Shown piece by piece: positions 8,240-14,123 of a stretch of 16,534 bases of DNA; position 1 is the first letter of the stretch, and every line of letters starts with the position of its first letter. Source of the stretch: Candidatus Heimdallarchaeota archaeon (GTDB lineage: Archaea > Asgardarchaeota > Heimdallarchaeia > JABLTI01); assembly GCA_030614005.1 (NCBI GenBank), contig JAUWKS010000069.1:1-16534 (forward strand). Reading direction: 5' to 3'. Below the pieces are notes generated by a model. The model ran no database searches. It was not told the origin of the DNA and was given only the letters and a program-made list of their open reading frames with translations. The translations under genes were made by a program, and so were the position numbers.

Positions 8240-9794
8240 TGGTAACCAAGTTCCCTACGAAGAAGGTAAAACTATATTAGAAATCGCTCGAGAGAACGAT
8301 ATCTACATTCCAACACTTTGCGCTCATGAACGATTGCCTTCTTTTGGTGCATGTCGTATGTGTATGGTGAAAGTGCATGGTAATAAAGGGTTCATGAATG
8401 CTTGCACAACCAAAGTAAAAGATGGAATGGTAGTCACAACAGAAAGCCTCGAGATTAAGAGATTACGACGTTCAATATTTGAGCTTATACTATCCGAGCA
8501 TCCGAGTAGCTGTATGATGTGCGCGCAAGCAGAACATTGTGATAAATTCAATTCGGGTATTATGAAAGCTGGAGTAATAACGGGTTGCAATACGTGCCCA
8601 AATAAAGAGACGTGTGAACTACGAAAAATTAGTGATGCATTGAACTTTAAAACAATAAGGTTCCCAATGTTTTACAAGCATCTACCAATAGAACGAAATG
8701 ACCCATTTTTTGATCGCGATTATAATCTATGTATCCATTGTGGGCGCTGTGTAAGAGTTTGCCAAGATGTAGAAGGTGCATCAATATTGGTGTTTACTCA
8801 CAGAGGACATGATACAAAGGTTGGTACTTCTTTTGAAAAACCACACATAGAAACTGATTGCAAGTTTTGCGGGCAATGTGTTGATGTATGCCCTACTGGA
8901 GCATTATCGGCCAGAAATCAGAAGTGGTATGAGACCCCCGACGAACAAGTGAGTACAACCTGTCTGTTGTGTGATAAAGGGTGTAGGTTCCAGATTGACG
9001 TTAAATGGGGAAGAATGGTTGGGATGAGACCTGATCCGGAATACAAAACTCTTGAGACGGGAATATGTGTCAAAGGAAGATTTTGTCTGCCAGTTTTACT
9101 AAACAATATGGATCGTTTAAGGTTCCCAAGAATTCGACGGAATTTCAAACTATATCCAACAAATTGGGATGAAGCTGCTGCAAAGGTGGCGGAGATATTT
9201 GAAAATTATCCACCAAGCAAAATAGCATTATATATATCTCCATTTCTCATTGATGAAGCAGATTATCTATTTACGAAAATTGCATCGGATTTGGAAATAA
9301 CAAATATCTTTCGAAGTAAAGAGGATTTAACTAATATAAACAAAAAAGGAATAAAAGTGCTCTATACAACAGAAGGACTGCCAAATCTTGACAAGTATAA
9401 GTCATTAGAGAAAATTATCCTACAAGAAGTATTTTCTGCAGATGGACATGATTTTGCTGACGTAATTTTACCTGCAGCAGCATTCACTGAAGAAACGGGA
9501 ACAATAACCACTAATCATGGAATAATGACTGTCGAAAAAGTTGTGAAAGCACCAGACCTAGCTCTAGAAGATTGGAAGATTGTAGCAAAAATAGCTCAAG
9601 AATTGGATCTTTCAGGTTTCAAATTTATAGAAACAAGTGAAATTCAAGGTGAAATGAAACGCCTCGGAATTAAAGGAAAAACTCGGGGCGTCGAAGAACA
9701 TTATTTGAAATACCGAGGAACAGCAATTGCCGACAAAGTACCGGATTTCAAAATTTTGATCGAAGCTCGAAAAGAACGAGACAAGCTGTGGTGA
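8217..9794 (+). CDS. NuoG/HydA/FdhA-like multi-Fe-S subunit with a collapsed molybdopterin-type domain and no H-cluster (non-catalytic)
   Basis: [2Fe-2S] (IPTLC...GACRMC...NAC), His-ligated cluster HPSSCMMC, 2x[4Fe-4S] (CIHCGRCVRVC, CKFCGQCVDVCP), FS0-type CLLCDKGC...CVKG and ADVILPAAAFTEETGT. Only 525 aa. The start may be the TTG at 8226, given AAGGTGA at 8210-8216. Confidence 0.85.
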   Translation: MLKLLVINGNQVPYEEGKTILEIARENDIYIPTLCAHERLPSFGACRMCMVKVHGNKGFMNACTTKVKDGMVVTTESLEIKRLRRSIFELILSEHPSSCMMCAQAEHCDKFNSGIMKAGVITGCNTCPNKETCELRKISDALNFKTIRFPMFYKHLPIERNDPFFDRDYNLCIHCGRCVRVCQDVEGASILVFTHRGHDTKVGTSFEKPHIETDCKFCGQCVDVCPTGALSARNQKWYETPDEQVSTTCLLCDKGCRFQIDVKWGRMVGMRPDPEYKTLETGICVKGRFCLPVLLNNMDRLRFPRIRRNFKLYPTNWDEAAAKVAEIFENYPPSKIALYISPFLIDEADYLFTKIASDLEITNIFRSKEDLTNINKKGIKVLYTTEGLPNLDKYKSLEKIILQEVFSADGHDFADVILPAAAFTEETGTITTNHGIMTVEKVVKAPDLALEDWKIVAKIAQELDLSGFKFIETSEIQGEMKRLGIKGKTRGVEEHYLKYRGTAIADKVPDFKILIEARKERDKLW

Positions 9795-9799
9795 TGTAA

Positions 9800-10657
9800 A
9801 TGTATGAAATTGTAGAAAAATATGAAGAAGTTCCAAATGTTCATCGTTTAGTTGTAAGAGAACCAAATATAGCCGCAAAAGCTCAACCAGGACAATTTGC
9901 AATTTTAATGGCGGACGAACAAAGTGAACGTGTGCCTATTTCAATAGTTGACACCAAAGATGATACATTTACAATGTTTATACTTGAACTAGGGATATCC
10001 TCTGCAAAAATCGTAAATATGAAAGAAGGAGATACGCTAGAAGCTGTTACTGGACCTCTTGGTATGCCTGCAGATTTAGGTAAATACGGTAGGGTTGTTC
10101 TTGGTGGAGGATGCTATGGCATTGGTGCTATCTATCCACTTGCGAGAGCTTTGAAAGAGCTTGGAAATGAAGTAGTAACGATAATAGAAGCACGAAGTGA
10201 TTATCTACTATATTTCCAAGAAGAATTGAAAGCAGTTTCGGATGAGTTTTTTGTTGCAACTTCTGATGGCACAGAAGGAACAAATGGACATGTACAAGAT
10301 GTTTTAGTAAAATTGATCCGAGATGGAGAAAGATTTGATCATGCAAAATTCATCGGATGTACGTATATGATGATGAATTGTTCGCATATTACATCACCAT
10401 ATAGGATCCCAACAAAAGTAGCATTGAACACAATAATGTTAGATGGTACAGGCATGTGCGGTTGTTGTCGAGTTTCTGTTGAAGGTGAAACAAAATTCGC
10501 TTGCGTTGATGGCCCAGAATTTGATGGGCATCATGTTGATTGGGATGAATTAATGAAACGAAAATCCTCCTACCTAATGGAGGAAATGCTTGCTTATCAA
10601 ACAGCACCCCATACATGCAAAGCATTAGAAAAAGCTTATTCTGGTGATTCAAAATGA
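9800..10657 (+). CDS. nfnA: NfnA (NfnS/SudB/PyrK-like) small FAD/[2Fe-2S] subunit, divergent copy 1
   Basis: PGQF, ERVPISIVD, GPLG and DGTGMCGCCRV...FACVDGPEFDG; GGTGA SD overlaps the upstream stop. Confidence 0.9.
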   Translation: MYEIVEKYEEVPNVHRLVVREPNIAAKAQPGQFAILMADEQSERVPISIVDTKDDTFTMFILELGISSAKIVNMKEGDTLEAVTGPLGMPADLGKYGRVVLGGGCYGIGAIYPLARALKELGNEVVTIIEARSDYLLYFQEELKAVSDEFFVATSDGTEGTNGHVQDVLVKLIRDGERFDHAKFIGCTYMMMNCSHITSPYRIPTKVALNTIMLDGTGMCGCCRVSVEGETKFACVDGPEFDGHHVDWDELMKRKSSYLMEEMLAYQTAPHTCKALEKAYSGDSK

Positions 10658-12147
10658 GCAAAAAGAAATCCCCCGCCCCTAAAAAAGAAAATGCAAAGCA
10701 ATCACCAAAAGATAAACCTGCTGAAAAACCTAAACGACCTCCAAGACCACCTCGCACAAAAATGCCAGAGCAACCCCCTGATATTCGAATAAAAAATTTT
10801 GTTGAGGTTCCATATGGTCTAACCCCTGAAGAAGCACAACTTGAAGCTGCTAGATGTATACAATGCAAACGACCGAAATGCGTAGAGGGTTGTCCTGTAA
10901 GTGTCCAAATACCTGAATTCATAGCTCTCATAAAAGACGGGCATTTTGCAGAAGCAGCTAGTAAGATAAAAGAAACAAATGTTTTACCTGCTGTTTGTGG
11001 TCGAGTTTGTCCGCAAGAAACACAATGTGAAGAAACCTGTATTTTAGGTCGTCGTGGTGAACCCGTGGCAATCGGTTATTTGGAAAGATTTTGCGCAGAT
11101 TATGAAAGGTTGGGTGGACATATTAAACTCCCAAAGAAGAAGAGACCCAATGATAAGAAAGTAGCAATTGTCGGCTCAGGACCCGCAGGTTTGACTGTAG
11201 CTGGTGATCTCTCATTGCTCGGTTACAAATTAACAATTTTTGAAGCATTTCACAAAGGTGGTGGAGTACTCGTTTATGGTATACCCGAGTTTAGATTGCC
11301 TAAGGAAATTGTTGAAACCGAAATAAACTATTTGGAACGTCTTGGTGTTGAGATTAAATACAATCACGTTATTGGTATGTGTAAATCTATAAACGAACTT
11401 CTGACAAAAGATGGTTTTGACGCCGTATTTATTGGTGTTGGTGCAGGACTACCGAGATTTTTGAACATTCCAGGGGAGAATCTAAATGGAGTATATTCAG
11501 CAAATGAATACCTTACTCGTTCGAATTTGATGAAAGCTTATCTTTATCCTACGTACAATACACCTATTATGAAAGGAAGAAAAGTAACTGTTGTAGGTGG
11601 AGGAAATGTGGCTATGGATTGTGCTCGAACCGCACTGAGACTCGGTTCAGATAAGGTAATGTTGGTCTATCGTAGAGCGAGAGAGCAAATGCCTGCAAGA
11701 GCTGAGGAAGTACATCATGCTGCTGAGGAGGGCATTGATTTTAGATTGCTTTCAAATCCCGTTGAAATTATTGGTGATGACACCGGAGTAGTGAAGCGAA
11801 TCAAATGCCAAAAATATCAGTTAGGAGAACCAGATGATTCTGGTAGAAGAAGACCTTTACCTATTGAAGGAGAATATTTTGAATTAGAAACTGATTTGGT
11901 GATCATTGCAATAGGGAATAATGCAAACCCCCTCATAAAAGCTACAACTCCCGATATTGAAACGAATAAATGGGGTAATATTATCGTAGATGAATTTGGT
12001 CGTACAAATAAAAATTTCGTCTATGCCGCGGGAGATATTGTCACAGGTGGAGCAACAGTTATCTCAGCAATGGGCGGTGGGAGAAAAGCTGCAACAGGTA
12101 TTCATAGAGATCTAATGGGAATAAAGGATGAAGATGTCCAAGATTAA
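10654..12147 (+). CDS. nfnB: NfnB (NfnL/SudA/GltD-like) large subunit, copy 1, with Lys/Pro-rich N-terminal extension
   Basis: RCIQCKRPKCVEGCP, CGRVCPQETQCEETC, GSGPAG, YGIPEFRLPK, GGGNVAMD, VYRR (NADP-type) and GDIVTGGATVISAM. ATGA overlap with nfnA. Confidence 0.93.
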   Translation: MSKKKSPAPKKENAKQSPKDKPAEKPKRPPRPPRTKMPEQPPDIRIKNFVEVPYGLTPEEAQLEAARCIQCKRPKCVEGCPVSVQIPEFIALIKDGHFAEAASKIKETNVLPAVCGRVCPQETQCEETCILGRRGEPVAIGYLERFCADYERLGGHIKLPKKKRPNDKKVAIVGSGPAGLTVAGDLSLLGYKLTIFEAFHKGGGVLVYGIPEFRLPKEIVETEINYLERLGVEIKYNHVIGMCKSINELLTKDGFDAVFIGVGAGLPRFLNIPGENLNGVYSANEYLTRSNLMKAYLYPTYNTPIMKGRKVTVVGGGNVAMDCARTALRLGSDKVMLVYRRAREQMPARAEEVHHAAEEGIDFRLLSNPVEIIGDDTGVVKRIKCQKYQLGEPDDSGRRRPLPIEGEYFELETDLVIIAIGNNANPLIKATTPDIETNKWGNIIVDEFGRTNKNFVYAAGDIVTGGATVISAMGGGRKAATGIHRDLMGIKDEDVQD

Positions 12148-12150
12148 ATG

Positions 12151-12189
12151 ATTGTAGATGCAAAAAGTTTCTACAATTGTTATTTTTTT
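12151..12189 (+). terminator. Hairpin plus T-tract ending operon 1
   Basis: ATTGTAGA (12151-12158) pairs with TCTACAAT (12170-12177) around an 11-nt loop, followed by T7 at 12183-12189, just after the nfnB stop. Confidence 0.6.
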
Positions 12190-12427
12190 ATCACTTTTAG
12201 CTTATCCATTATTGAGTAGCTAATAATCTGAGATTAAATTAAAATGTTTTTAATATTAACTTGTCATTGGATACTTAAACCAATTAAATTACTATTTATT
12301 TAGACACATACATATTATTTTTATAGTATAACCGTGAAGATAATTTGAATTGATAATCTCAACATCTCTCTCAAAAAAGAGGTCCAATCTAAATGCTCGT
12401 TTTAATAAAAATTAAAGGAGATTGAAA

Positions 12428-13288
12428 ATGCACGACTTTATAGCACTAAAACTAAATTGTCCGCTCTGTGAAAAATCACTAATGGACACTCAAACATTAA
12501 TCGATAATCTACCCGGAGTAAAATTAAATATATCCTTTGATGATCAACAAGGAGTGATTCATCTGAGCGCTATTTATGGTAGCTATAATTATACTACCAA
12601 CATCAAAATTCCTTTAGGTAAAGAAGCTACTTTCTCTTGTCCCCATTGCAAAGAACCAATTGTTTCTGAAATAAAATGCGAGGTATGTTCTGCTCATTCT
12701 GTTCCATTGAAAATCGAAGATAATGGAATTGTTAGAATATGTTCTCGTGCCGGTTGTAAAAACCATTATGTGGAATTTGAAGATTTGTCCCATGCTCTAG
12801 AACACTTCTATGTGTATTTTGATTATGGTGATGCAAGCAGAGTAAAGAAACCATTAACAGAATCCAATGCGACACCAGATGCTGATAAAGAAATAGTGAA
12901 ATCAGGTACATTCCTTAGAACATATTGCCCTCATTGCGAAGACAGCCTCTATAAAAATAGAGCAATTGAATTTAAGATAACTGGCAAAGATGGAGAAGAA
13001 GGTATATTACAATTAAGTCCCTTTCTCAATGTGTTTACAAACGAATCAACTTTTTACATTCCCGAGGGAGAACCTGTAAAGAATGTTAGATGTCCTCATT
13101 GCGATGAAAGTCTTTTGCGTAAAGGTGAGGATTGTCCAGAATGTGGAGAAGCAATTGTAAGTGTATCTGTTGCTGCCCTATCAAAAATAATTGATTTCTA
13201 TTTTTGTTCAAAGAAAGGGTGTCATTGGCATGGAATGAGTCAAGAAGATATAGATGATATAATCATTGAGGATAGCAGTGAGTGGTAA
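12428..13288 (+). CDS. Cys-rich hypothetical protein B, paralog of protein A (two 8-Cys/1-His domains)
   Basis: Same ligand pattern twice and colinear with 4895-5743. AAAGGAG at 12414-12420 favours the ATG at 12428 over the TTG at 12422. Confidence 0.9.
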   Translation: MHDFIALKLNCPLCEKSLMDTQTLIDNLPGVKLNISFDDQQGVIHLSAIYGSYNYTTNIKIPLGKEATFSCPHCKEPIVSEIKCEVCSAHSVPLKIEDNGIVRICSRAGCKNHYVEFEDLSHALEHFYVYFDYGDASRVKKPLTESNATPDADKEIVKSGTFLRTYCPHCEDSLYKNRAIEFKITGKDGEEGILQLSPFLNVFTNESTFYIPEGEPVKNVRCPHCDESLLRKGEDCPECGEAIVSVSVAALSKIIDFYFCSKKGCHWHGMSQEDIDDIIIEDSSEW

Positions 13289-13291
13289 TAA

Positions 13292-14119
13292 ATGCATCAA
13301 ATAATTCGTAAACAAGAAATGGCAAAAGGTACAATTGTACGATTTGATGTTCGTGCTCCAGAAATAGCAAAAAAAGCAAAACCTGGACAATTTGTGATTG
13401 TAAGACTTACGGAAACTGGTGAAAGAATACCACTAACAATTGCAGATAAGGACAGCTTTGAAGGGTATATAACACTCATTTTTCAGGTAGTTGGAAAAAC
13501 AACTGCAATAATGAGAACGTTAAATGAAGGTGACGCAATAAAGGACCTTGTTGGGCCACTAGGAAAACCAGCAGATATACAAAAAGTTGGCACAGTAATA
13601 ATGGTCGGTGGTGGAACTGGTGTCGCAATATTACATCACATTGCGAAAGCATTCAAAGAAGCAGGTAATACTGTGATTAGCATTATCGGTGCACGCGAAA
13701 AAGACTTGTTAATCCTTGAAAACGAAATGAGAATAATTTCCGATGAACTGGTTATAACTACTGATGATGGAAGCTATGGACAACTTGGTTTTGTTACAGA
13801 GCCCTTACAAAGATATCTAGATGAACGTTATGACATTAAGGAAGTATATGCTATTGGTCCAATTCCAATGATGAAATTCGTTTGCCGATTGACAAAGAAA
13901 TATAATGTACCAACAATGGTCAGCCTTAATCCAATAATGATTGATGGCACCGGCATGTGCGGTGGTTGTCGTGTGACTGTTGGAAACGAAACAAAGTTCT
14001 GCTGTGTTGATGGTCCTGACTTCAATGGGCATGAAGTAGACTTTGATGAACTAACAAAACGAAATTCTATGTATCTTAAGGAAGAAAAAGATGCACTATT
14101 ATTTTCAATAAGAGGTTAA
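13292..14119 (+). CDS. nfnA: NfnA small subunit, canonical copy 2
   Basis: PGQFVIVR, ERIPLTIAD, GPLG, VGGGTG, IIGAR, TTDDG, IGPIPMM and SLNPIMIDGTGMCGGCRV...CVDGPDF. Confidence 0.94.
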   Translation: MHQIIRKQEMAKGTIVRFDVRAPEIAKKAKPGQFVIVRLTETGERIPLTIADKDSFEGYITLIFQVVGKTTAIMRTLNEGDAIKDLVGPLGKPADIQKVGTVIMVGGGTGVAILHHIAKAFKEAGNTVISIIGAREKDLLILENEMRIISDELVITTDDGSYGQLGFVTEPLQRYLDERYDIKEVYAIGPIPMMKFVCRLTKKYNVPTMVSLNPIMIDGTGMCGGCRVTVGNETKFCCVDGPDFNGHEVDFDELTKRNSMYLKEEKDALLFSIRG

Positions 14120-14123
14120 ACCA

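Noticed and set aside
5826-9794. Interpretation as respiratory complex I, [FeFe]-hydrogenase or formate dehydrogenase
   Set aside because: No membrane or NuoBCDI subunits, no H-cluster motifs, and no catalytic Cys/Sec or full Mo-bisPGD domain.
7173-10931. Antisense ORFs within the redox operon, including the 180-aa ORF at 10389-10931
   Set aside because: All lie opposite strongly conserved genes; their length is explained by codon bias of the sense strand, and they have no recognisable motifs.
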